Positions 10,124 to 17,652 of a stretch of 64,000 nt of DNA are shown piece after piece. Within the stretch, counting starts at the first letter, position 1. Every line of letters begins with the position of its first letter. Made by a program: the position numbers and the translations under genes. This DNA comes from Vulcanimicrobiota bacterium. Lineage in GTDB: Bacteria > Vulcanimicrobiota > Xenobia > Xenobiales > JADMJV01. Below the pieces are notes generated by a model. It did no database searches. It was given only the letters and a program-made list of their open reading frames with translations, and was not told where the DNA came from. The stretch spans positions 1 through 64,000 of the forward strand of contig JBFWNU010000003.1 of assembly GCA_050250895.1 (NCBI GenBank). The letters run 5' to 3'.

Positions 10124-10156
10124 AGGCTAGCTGGGCCCGCTGAAACAAGACTGAAA
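10124..10156 (-). promoter_or_regulatory. TTTCAG-N5-TTTCAG-N10-TAGCCT promoter upstream of prmA
   Basis: Boxes at 10156-10151 and 10145-10140, -10 at 10129-10124, ATG 6 nt downstream at 10117. Confidence 0.55.
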
Positions 10157-10191
10157 ATTTTAAGAAATCTTAACGGGCTGGGTGAGCCAAC

Positions 10192-10233
10192 TTGACCGAG
10201 ATCAAAGTCTGGCCGTGCCAACCTGACTATGAT
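10192..10233 (+). promoter_or_regulatory. FNR-type class II promoter of sRNA copy 1
   Basis: TTGAC-CGAG-ATCAA at 10192-10205, TATGAT at 10228-10233; box centre is -41.5 from the predicted +1 (10240). Confidence 0.7.
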
Positions 10234-10239
10234 AGAGCC

Positions 10240-10295
10240 ACAACTAAATCAGGTCACTCGCATCAGTAAAAGACCGCCCGTCCGGGCGGTCTTTT
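10240..10295 (+). ncRNA. Putative small RNA, sibling 1 (~56 nt)
   Basis: ACAACTAAATCAGGTCACTCGCATCAG followed by a terminator; near-identical to 10854-10907; has its own promoter. Confidence 0.7.
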
Positions 10296-10298
10296 ACT
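10265..10298. terminator. Bidirectional intrinsic terminator
   Basis: AGTAAAAGACCGCCCG-TC-CGGGCGGTCTTTTACT perfect inverted repeat with A/T tails. Confidence 0.9.
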
Positions 10299-10316
10299 CG
10301 TTCTTGCGCCTTTCGC

Positions 10317-10748
10317 TTAGCGGTTGGCCAGGTAGAGAGTGAATCCGGCCAGAGCCGCCCCGCCGGCTACCGCGCTGGCCACGAGGGGATGGCCGCCAAA
10401 GGCCAGCGCGCCGGCCCCCCCGGCCAGGCCGGCCAGGCCGCAGCTCAGGGCACAGGCGTTGGTAATTCCTTTACGGACGTCGCTGGAGGCACCGGAGCCG
10501 AGGGTGTAGCCACCCGCTGCACCCAGGACCGCGGCGCCTGCCGTGGCGGCAGCCAGGCCCCAGCCTCCGCCGATGCTGGCGGTAGCCGCGCCGGCCGCCA
10601 GACCGATTACGGCGCCCACACCGGCACCCATGGCACTGTTTTGGAAGGTGTCATTGTCGAAATCGCCAGAATCAGGCGACAGAGAAGGTCGAGGTCCCCT
10701 CGAGGGGGCGGGATGAGATTGTGGATGAGAAATAGCTGAGATAACCAT
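10317..10748 (-). CDS. Small Gly/Ala-rich (glycine-zipper-like) membrane protein
   Basis: 143-aa ORF with GxxxG-rich hydrophobic segments; leaderless promoter TAGAGT-N6-ATG. Confidence 0.75.
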   Translation of the reverse strand: MVISAISHPQSHPAPSRGPRPSLSPDSGDFDNDTFQNSAMGAGVGAVIGLAAGAATASIGGGWGLAAATAGAAVLGAAGGYTLGSGASSDVRKGITNACALSCGLAGLAGGAGALAFGGHPLVASAVAGGAALAGFTLYLANR

Positions 10749-10754
10749 ATCTCG

Positions 10755-10798
10755 ACTCTAGAGAGCCTGCCTGAATCTAGTCTGAAACAGACCTGAAA
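10755..10798 (-). promoter_or_regulatory. Triple TTCAG direct repeat (11-bp period) plus TAGAGT -10
   Basis: CTGAA at 10771, 10782 and 10793 on the + strand; last box 10 nt from the -10 (10760-10755). Confidence 0.6.
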
Positions 10799-10805
10799 CA
10801 CGAAC

Positions 10806-10847
10806 TTGATCCAGATCAATGTGGGTGCGCCCCGACCCGGATAAGAT
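10806..10847 (+). promoter_or_regulatory. FNR-type class II promoter of sRNA copy 2
   Basis: Perfect TTGAT-CCAG-ATCAA at 10806-10819, TAAGAT at 10842-10847; centre is -41.5 from +1 (10854). Confidence 0.75.
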
Positions 10848-10853
10848 GATGAC

Positions 10854-10907
10854 ACAACTTAATCAGGTCACTCGCATCGGCAAAAGACCGCCCCCGGGCG
10901 GTCTTTT
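10854..10907 (+). ncRNA. Putative small RNA, sibling 2 (~54 nt)
   Basis: ACAACTTAATCAGGTCACTCGCATCGG followed by the AAAAGACCGCCC-CC-GGGCGGTCTTTT terminator. Confidence 0.7.
10882..10907. terminator. Bidirectional intrinsic terminator
   Basis: AAAAGACCGCCC/GGGCGGTCTTTT inverted repeat between convergent units. Confidence 0.85.
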
Positions 10908-10918
10908 CCATTGTCACG

Positions 10919-13216
10919 TCATTTGGGCGACTTGTGAGGTGACCCGGACGGGTCCTGCGCGCGGGACCGAAGCAGGGCCACCGCCTCATCGAGATGGAAG
11001 CGAACCAGGGTCTGCGTCAGATTATCCTCGCGTCCGTGGGTGACAAAGTGCAACTCCGTCAAGTCGAGCGCTTTGTAGAAGTCCTGGCGCTCGAGGCTGC
11101 GGCCCCCGCGCAGCACCGAGTTGAGCACGGTGTAGTGGCCCAACAATTGAGGCAGAGCCGCCAGCAGGCAAAGGTTGTGCATGAGTGGAGTCTGGATCAG
11201 CAAGAACTTGCGGCGGAGCAGCGACTTCAGATAGCGAACCCCTTCCAGGAGCACCCACTCCGATTCCAGAATGCGGTCACGGACAGGAAGGTCGGACATC
11301 TGTCCCTCCCAGCCCGAGTGACGCAACTTGACTCGCTGGTCGTTGAGCAAGTCGGTGACCAGCTGGCTGGATTCCTCTACATCGGCACCTTCCAGACGTG
11401 CGATCATCGAGACCGCCAACAGGCCCTCGAGGCGGCGCAAGGTCTGCTCGGGCATAGGGCCGATCGAGCTAATGTAGGCCTTCCAATCGGTAGGCGGGGG
11501 GGCGGCCGGGGCGCTCAACCAGACGGCCAGGCCCCAGCGTAACTCGCGAATGGCTTCATCGATGGCCGGGGCCTCGAGAATCAGGTTCTCGATTCGGGTA
11601 TAGTCGCTCCACGAGATGCCGCGGCCCCAGGTGACCGACACCGTCTTGGAGAGCGACACCGGCGGGCGCTCGTTGAGCAGGGTCTGGATCTGCTCGGCGT
11701 AATCTTCCAAAGGTCTGCCCTCGTTGCGCTGAATCGAGTTGCAGAGGTGCGAAACGCCCACCACCACTCCGTCGGGAGTCTCGCGCAGCAGGAAGGGAAA
11801 CTGGCGGCAGGCGCTGGGCTTTAGTTCGGGACCGCCTTCGGCGTGGAGCGAACAAAGACTGTGCTGGTCGAGAAAGACACACGTCTCTCCGTCTTTCTTG
11901 GCCACTCCCACCCGGCCATCGGCAGCTACCTGAAGAGGCTGCTGACCCGTTTCCTGAAGGACTCGCAGGGCCACGAAACTGGACCGGATGCGGGCCTGAT
12001 TCGCCGGCTCGACTTCGACGGTCCAGGCCGAGCGACAACATTTGCCGCAGGCGCTGCACTCGAACCGTTGGTCCGGCGGGAAAATGAGTTTGCGAGGCTC
12101 GCGCTTGACGTGTTTAAAGCGAAGGCTGCGCTCCTGTCCAGGGGCCCCCTGGAGGCGGCGCGACCAGTAGGGCGAGTCCGGCCAGCGATGCACCTGTCGA
12201 TACTGGCCGGCCTGGCCTTTGAGATAGTCCGAGAACTGCACTCCCGTTTCTTCGGCGTAGTAGAGGAAGTTCGGCTCCTGGCCGTGGGTGTAGGCTTCAA
12301 TCAAAAAGTCGGCCAGGCGCAGGCCTTCTTCGAGAGCTTGTCCGATCCCCAGTGAGGAAAGAGGATCAAACGAGGCGGCTGCGTCCCCTACGGCGACCCA
12401 ACCGTCGCCAAAGGCCGGCAGCAGAAGGCTCGAGTCGGCCGACACGCGGCGAGGCTTTTCGCAGAGGTCGAACCTGGAAAAGCGTTTGCGGGTGTGCTGG
12501 GTCTCAGCGAGCGCCTTATGCCAGGCCGCATCGGGCTGTCCCTTGTCGAGGTCGTTGTCGGTCACGAACACGGCCACCGCCGCGCCGGGCTCAAGCGGAG
12601 CCGCGTACCACCAACCGTTGGGAACGGCCTCGAGCAACATCTCGGGGGGAACCTCAAGACTCTTGGACCCCTCGAGAAAGCCCACCACGGCCACCTGGCG
12701 GTCGAACCGCTGGCGTCTGGCCCCAAAGGAGCGGGCGATCTGACAGCCCCGGCCGGTGGCATCCACCAGCAAGCCGGCGGTGTGGGCCTCTTGCCGGCCG
12801 TCGGTTTCGACCAGGAACGACCACCCCTGGTCGGTGCGGGCGAGATCTTTTACCCGACTGCCCTGGCGTAGATCGGCGCCGGCCCGGGCTGCCTCCTCGG
12901 CCAGGCGTCGGTCGAGCCCGACCCGGTCGATGGCCCACCAGCGATACTCCGGGTCAGGCACCAACGACGATAGCACGGGAAAGGACCAGGTGCCGGTGAC
13001 CTCGAGGCGGGTCAAGAATAGGTCATTGCGGGCGTCGGGAAGGATGCGGTCGAGCACGGTCTGGCCCCGAGGAGAGAGCAACTCTCCTACGCGCAGGCCT
13101 TCATAGCGAGTCTGCTCGACTACCAGCACCGAGATTCCGGCGCTGGCCAGGGTCATCGACAAGGCGCTGCCCGACGGGCCGGCGCCGACCACCAGAACCT
13201 GGTGATGTGGGGCCAT
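10919..13216 (-). CDS. FAD-dependent oxidoreductase (LodB/halogenase-like) fused to a YkgJ/FliB-like CxxCxxCC domain
   Basis: GAGPSG, VDATGR, GWWY and VGDAAASFDPLSSLG motifs, then FECSACGKCC...CVFL...CSLH...KPSACRQFPF; RBS AGGAAAGAGG before the ATG at 13216. Confidence 0.8.
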   Translation of the reverse strand: MAPHHQVLVVGAGPSGSALSMTLASAGISVLVVEQTRYEGLRVGELLSPRGQTVLDRILPDARNDLFLTRLEVTGTWSFPVLSSLVPDPEYRWWAIDRVGLDRRLAEEAARAGADLRQGSRVKDLARTDQGWSFLVETDGRQEAHTAGLLVDATGRGCQIARSFGARRQRFDRQVAVVGFLEGSKSLEVPPEMLLEAVPNGWWYAAPLEPGAAVAVFVTDNDLDKGQPDAAWHKALAETQHTRKRFSRFDLCEKPRRVSADSSLLLPAFGDGWVAVGDAAASFDPLSSLGIGQALEEGLRLADFLIEAYTHGQEPNFLYYAEETGVQFSDYLKGQAGQYRQVHRWPDSPYWSRRLQGAPGQERSLRFKHVKREPRKLIFPPDQRFECSACGKCCRSAWTVEVEPANQARIRSSFVALRVLQETGQQPLQVAADGRVGVAKKDGETCVFLDQHSLCSLHAEGGPELKPSACRQFPFLLRETPDGVVVGVSHLCNSIQRNEGRPLEDYAEQIQTLLNERPPVSLSKTVSVTWGRGISWSDYTRIENLILEAPAIDEAIRELRWGLAVWLSAPAAPPPTDWKAYISSIGPMPEQTLRRLEGLLAVSMIARLEGADVEESSQLVTDLLNDQRVKLRHSGWEGQMSDLPVRDRILESEWVLLEGVRYLKSLLRRKFLLIQTPLMHNLCLLAALPQLLGHYTVLNSVLRGGRSLERQDFYKALDLTELHFVTHGREDNLTQTLVRFHLDEAVALLRSRAQDPSGSPHKSPK

Positions 13217-13297
13217 AACTACCTCTTTCCTAACGAGGAGATTTCGTGGACTTGGACAGGCCACCTTTTATTCAGTCCGTGCCAGCCCAACTGATGG

Positions 13298-14416
13298 TCA
13301 GAAAGACAACCGTGCGATCACACTGGGGTGGTCCGAGAGGGGGTCGCCGGAGTGGCTGGTCGGCTGACTTACGTCGGTGGTAAGTTCCCCCCCGCGGGCA
13401 CCGAACCAGTCGATGCGGGCACCTTGCACCTCGTAATCGTGCGAACTCAGCAATCCGAGCACCTGGGAGTCGGCGGTAGAGTTGAGATCGCCGCCCCCGA
13501 TCACGGCCTCGCCGGGGCGAGCCAAGCCATCCACGAAGGCGAAGCTATTCTCCGCCTGGGACATCCGCTCTTCAGGGCTGTCGCCGCCGTTCATGAGATG
13601 AGTGTTCCAGACTACAGCCGTATTTCCGTCGGGGCGGCCAACTCGCAGAACTTGTACCACTCTTGGCTCGGAGGCTCTTCCCTGAGGAATGTCGAGCAGC
13701 AGCCGCGGGGCATTGACATCGTCGAGCGTGGTTTCTGGGCCATAATTGACCACCCTTTTGGTATTGGCTTGCACTTCGAGCTGGGGGTGTACCAGCACCA
13801 GGTTGCCTTGCATCGGTGTGGTCTGAGCATAGTAGCCATTCATTCCCAGCCCATTGACCAACGCCTCGACATGATAAGGAGCGACCTCTTGCAGCAGATA
13901 GACATCTGCGTTCTGCTCGCTTAAAGCCTCGATCATCTCGGGAGTCTGGTCGCGGGCTCCAAGAGCATCGGCCCGGTCTCCGTGATGAAGATTCCAGGTC
14001 GAGACCGTCAACTCGTCATTGAGAGGGCGAGTAGTAGCCTGGGAGGGCTCGAAAAGCTGGCTCTGATGAGAGGCCAGGGAGTCGTCCAGCAATCCCATAT
14101 GGGGAAGCGTGCGCAACAATCGGGTGACGTGATTTGCCCCGGTGGCGACCTCGGGTGAGACACAGACGCCGTCAAAACCGACATGCACGATCGAGGTGTC
14201 GCAAACGGGGGCTTTCAGGGCGGTGGCCCCCGCCGCTACCCCCAGGCCCGTAAGCCCGAGACCCACCAGAGCGGCCGCTTTCTTCCAGCTCGACGCTTGC
14301 TCGGGTTCCGGTGCCCCAAATTCGACCATGTCGGGAGCAGGCGCGCTCTCGACGGGCGCGCCCGTTCTACGCGCGCCCGGAGGGGCCGCATGAGCGAGAC
14401 GGCTGGCGGAGACCAT
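13298..14416 (-). CDS. Endonuclease/exonuclease/phosphatase family protein
   Basis: TWNLH, LQEV, NTHL, GGDLN, IDW and SDH motifs; N-terminal hydrophobic segment. Confidence 0.85.
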   Translation of the reverse strand: MVSASRLAHAAPPGARRTGAPVESAPAPDMVEFGAPEPEQASSWKKAAALVGLGLTGLGVAAGATALKAPVCDTSIVHVGFDGVCVSPEVATGANHVTRLLRTLPHMGLLDDSLASHQSQLFEPSQATTRPLNDELTVSTWNLHHGDRADALGARDQTPEMIEALSEQNADVYLLQEVAPYHVEALVNGLGMNGYYAQTTPMQGNLVLVHPQLEVQANTKRVVNYGPETTLDDVNAPRLLLDIPQGRASEPRVVQVLRVGRPDGNTAVVWNTHLMNGGDSPEERMSQAENSFAFVDGLARPGEAVIGGGDLNSTADSQVLGLLSSHDYEVQGARIDWFGARGGELTTDVSQPTSHSGDPLSDHPSVIARLSF

Positions 14417-14523
14417 GGCTTCATTCTAGCACCAGATAAAGCTTTCTCGTGTTACGTTTTGGAGTCAGCTTGGCGCAAAATTGTCATAAAGGTGCTTTGC
14501 CGGTCGGGGGAAAAGCTGAACCT

Positions 14524-15003
14524 ATGACGATCACTCAAGACAAAGTAGTTTCTATCGAATATGTCCTGCGCGACGACCAGGGCAAGGTGCTCGACGAGAG
14601 TGGGGAGAGTCCGCTGGTCTATCTGCACGGACACGGCAACATCATCCCCGGCCTCGAGCAGGCGCTCTCAGGCAAGGCCGTCGGCGACAAGACCAAGGCT
14701 TCGGTGGCTCCCTCCGACGGCTATGGCGAGTACGACCCCCAGCTGAAGTTCTCGATACCGCGCCAGAATTTGGGCTCCGAGATCCCCGCCGTGGGCACCA
14801 TGGTCGGTCTCGAGACCCCCGACGGGCACCGCATGATGGCCAGCATCGCCGAAATCGCCGGTGACCACGTCGTGCTCGACGCCAACCACCCCCTGGCCGG
14901 GCAGAACCTACACTTCGAGGTCAGCATCGTGTCGATCCGGGCGGCCCAGCCCGAAGAGCTGGCTCACGGTCACGTCCACGGCCCCGGCGGTCACCACCAC
15001 TAG
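14524..15003 (+). CDS. slyD: FKBP-type peptidyl-prolyl isomerase SlyD
   Basis: YLHGHGNIIPGLE, DANHPLAG and a His-rich C-terminus. Confidence 0.93.
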   Translation: MTITQDKVVSIEYVLRDDQGKVLDESGESPLVYLHGHGNIIPGLEQALSGKAVGDKTKASVAPSDGYGEYDPQLKFSIPRQNLGSEIPAVGTMVGLETPDGHRMMASIAEIAGDHVVLDANHPLAGQNLHFEVSIVSIRAAQPEELAHGHVHGPGGHHH

Positions 15004-15024
15004 GTCGACGCTTTGCGTCGACCG

Positions 15025-15168
15025 GGAGCGGCGGCTGACACCGCCGAGAGGGGAGCCGCTTCGCGGGGATTTCGGCCTGCGGCCGACGGGGAGCGCCGCC
15101 GGGAGGGGAGCCGCTTCGCGGAGATTTCGGCCTGCGGCCGACGGGGAGCGGCGGCTGACGCCGCCGAG
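15025..15168. repeat. REP-like palindromic repeat cluster
   Basis: Two near-identical 48-bp units (15048-15095, 15103-15150) flanked by CGGCGGCTGACRCCGCCG hairpins; an inverted related copy lies at 39929-39986. Confidence 0.75.
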
Positions 15169-15451
15169 TGGCGGACACTCCAGCCGGAGCGGCGGCGTTT
15201 CAGTGGCGACCAGCTGACGGACAATGCAGCCCCGTCGCTCGACCCTGGTGGGGCTTGCCGCTTAGAGCGCGTTTTCATGGTGGTGCCCAGATGACCGAGC
15301 TGGCGCAGAAAGACCCCGAGCTGGCCGATCCGGTCAGCCAGATCCCGCTGCTCGACGAAAAGCAGCGAGAGCGTTGCGAACAACTCTGAGTTCGATGCTG
15401 ATGTGCCGCCGCTTCAAGAACCTGGCCTCGGGGGAGGCCGGCTAGACGGCG

Positions 15452-15675
15452 GAAACGTAGCCGGGGCGCCGGCTCGTCCTTAACCTTAAGGCGCGATAGC
15501 CGGCGCCGCGAGAGGTGGCCGTGACTGCAACGGAGGGTTCAGGTCGCCGGGCCTGGACCGGCGGCGGGCGCGCCTCTCGCACCACGTTGAACACGATAGA
15601 GGCGCGCGCGAAAGGGACCCGCATGAAGGCCGGCAGAAACCGCCCAACCGAGGACCGCTCTTGTTTCTGCCGGCC
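15452..15675 (-). ncRNA. Structured RNA-like element, copy A (homolog of 17653-17893)
   Basis: Same order of hairpins and conserved blocks as copy B (loop GTTCAWCGTGGT, CTCCGTTGCAGTC, 3' CCGG-N3-CGTTTC), with compensatory changes in the stems. Confidence 0.65.
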
Positions 15676-15789
15676 GTGGCCCCCGGAGGGGGACGGGGTC
15701 GCCCCAGACCGGATGATTCGACCTTCCACCGACAGTCCTCCAGTTCCGGGAACAACTAGTTGTGGGGGCGCTTCGCGGGTTCCAAGAGC

Positions 15790-16310
15790 ACAATTGTAGA
15801 GGTTCAACCCCCCAGCAAACCCAATTGGGTCCCTGCTCAAGAACCTCGCGAGGTAGGATCGTAGCGCCGCTGCCGCATGCAGAGCAGCCCCGTGTCGGCC
15901 GCGTCGTCGTGCACGCCCAGGCCCCCCACGTAGGTCTTCGGGCTATCCGAGTCGGAACTCGGGTCCTTAACCCCCCACTCGTCGTGGAGATAGTTGGAAG
16001 TCGCCCCGTTCGAAGCCCGGACCATCGCCCGCACCGAGGACAGCCCATCGGTTAGAAAGCGGAAGAAGTCGCTACCCTTCTGGAAGCCCAGCAACTGGTG
16101 CCCCCTCAGGTAGCTGAAGGCGTCGGAGCCGTCGACCGCGGAGACGGTAGGCAGCCCAGAGTAGAAGCTCTTGGGCTTCACCCCGGCGGCGCGCACCTTC
16201 TTCTTGCGCAGGTTGCCGGAGTTGACTGTGGTCGCGTCAGGTTTCACAACCAAGCGTCAGGCGGTCGAAGTCGCTCCAGAAGTAGTTCGTAGTCGCTCGC
16301 GTCCGGCTCG
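15790..16310 (-). pseudogene. Rhs core remnant (frameshifted, C-terminal toxin lost)
   Basis: FYSGLPT, GHQLLGF, LTDGLSSVR, KTYVGGLGVHDD, MRQRRYDP; frameshift near 15850; continues as FLSRDPIGFAGGLNLY; paralog of the 18401-20449 Rhs. Confidence 0.85.
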
Positions 16311-16552
16311 GGTCGAGGACCCTAACCCCCTCCGCGCACACGTGTGTCAAAATTTTTTCAGATGCGGCCGCCCAACCGCCTCGGAGGAGCCTCGCCCCTA
16401 GACTGCTCGTGATAGCCCCTCCAGGACCCCCTCAGGCATTTGAACAGCCGAGTTTGAAGAAATCTTCATTTCGGCCTCGAAAAGCTCGAATAATCATCGC
16501 TCAGAAAATGCGCAATTGCTTATGAAATAAGGATTCTAGCCGCATCGAATCT

Positions 16553-16582
16553 TTGACGAACAAGGGGGGCAAAGACTATCAT
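16553..16582 (+). promoter_or_regulatory. Sigma70 promoter of the HNH gene (leaderless)
   Basis: TTGACG-N18-TATCAT-N6-ATG(16589). Confidence 0.65.
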
Positions 16583-16588
16583 GGATTT

Positions 16589-17647
16589 ATGATTACCGAT
16601 GATAAGCAACGCGAATTCTGGACCCTCGAAAACTTGAGCAAGCTCCCTTACGAGCGGCTGGAAAGGGTGACCCGTCGCCTGGCCAACACCCTGGCCCTGA
16701 CTCGCATCCTGCTAGGGCGATGTTTATTGGCTATCGAGCGCACCGATTTCTGCGCCGAGACCGGCTGCCACTCGGCTATCCATTTCGCCCGGCTGATCAA
16801 AATCGAGAAGCGCGAGGCGCTAGATTCGATGCGGATCGCCGGCCATCTCGAAGAGCTGCCGCTGTTTTCCAAAGCCTGCGAAGAGAACCGAATTTGCTGG
16901 TCCAATCTGCGCGTGGTCACCCGCATCGTCACGCCCGAGACCGAAGAGGCCTGGCTTGACCTGGCGGTGCGCCTCAAGCCTCATCGCCTGGCCCGTCTGG
17001 TGGCCGGGGCCCATCGCGGTGACACTCCGGCCGAGGCGGCCCTGAACATGGTAGAAGAGGTGGAACTCCGTTTTCGGGTGGCTCCCGAGGTGTCCGAGTT
17101 GTGGTCGCGGGCCGTGGGCGTGATCTCGAGGGAACACGGCGGCACGGTCAATCCGGCCGAGGCGTTCGAGCTGATCCTGGCCGACTTTCTGGGCGGCCAG
17201 GTAGAGCAGCTCAAGGTTGAGGCCGCCCAGGAGCTGGTCGCTCCGGTCGAGGCACTGGCAATGCAGACACACGTGTGTCCGGGCGAGTCGAAGTTGCAAT
17301 TGGCCGGACGGTTGCGGTTCAATCCGAGCAAGCGTCAGGCGACTGCCGCCCAGCGCCGGGCAGTGCTGCGGCGGGATGGCTATCGCTGCTCTTGCCCAGG
17401 CTGCCCCAACAGACTCTGGCTCGATGTGCATCACGTGGTGTTCTACTGTCGCGGCGGACCGACGGTGCCCGAGAATCTGGTGGTGGTGTGCTCGCGCTGT
17501 CACAAGAACATCCACAAAGGGATCCTGCATGTGAGCGGGGTTGCCCCCCAGGGGCTGGTCTGGCGCGATCGTCGTGGCCGTGACCTCGAACGCCAGCGAG
17601 AGAGCGGGCTATTGGAATGGCTGCTGGAATGGGCTCGAGCTGGCTAA
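16589..17647 (+). CDS. HNH endonuclease with DUF222-like helical N-terminus
   Basis: RRAVLRRDGYRCSCPGC...LDVHHV...GGPT...NLVVVCSRCHKNIH zinc-finger HNH. Confidence 0.9.
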   Translation: MITDDKQREFWTLENLSKLPYERLERVTRRLANTLALTRILLGRCLLAIERTDFCAETGCHSAIHFARLIKIEKREALDSMRIAGHLEELPLFSKACEENRICWSNLRVVTRIVTPETEEAWLDLAVRLKPHRLARLVAGAHRGDTPAEAALNMVEEVELRFRVAPEVSELWSRAVGVISREHGGTVNPAEAFELILADFLGGQVEQLKVEAAQELVAPVEALAMQTHVCPGESKLQLAGRLRFNPSKRQATAAQRRAVLRRDGYRCSCPGCPNRLWLDVHHVVFYCRGGPTVPENLVVVCSRCHKNIHKGILHVSGVAPQGLVWRDRRGRDLERQRESGLLEWLLEWARAG

Positions 17648-17652
17648 GTTGC

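Noticed and set aside
10240-10748. Type I toxin-antitoxin reading of sRNA1 and the Gly-rich gene
   Set aside because: Overlap is limited to the shared terminator, the protein is 143 aa, and the near-identical sibling sRNA faces an unrelated gene.
15168-15440. Short ORFs between the REP cluster and element A
   Set aside because: No recognisable motif or start signals; probably decayed sequence.
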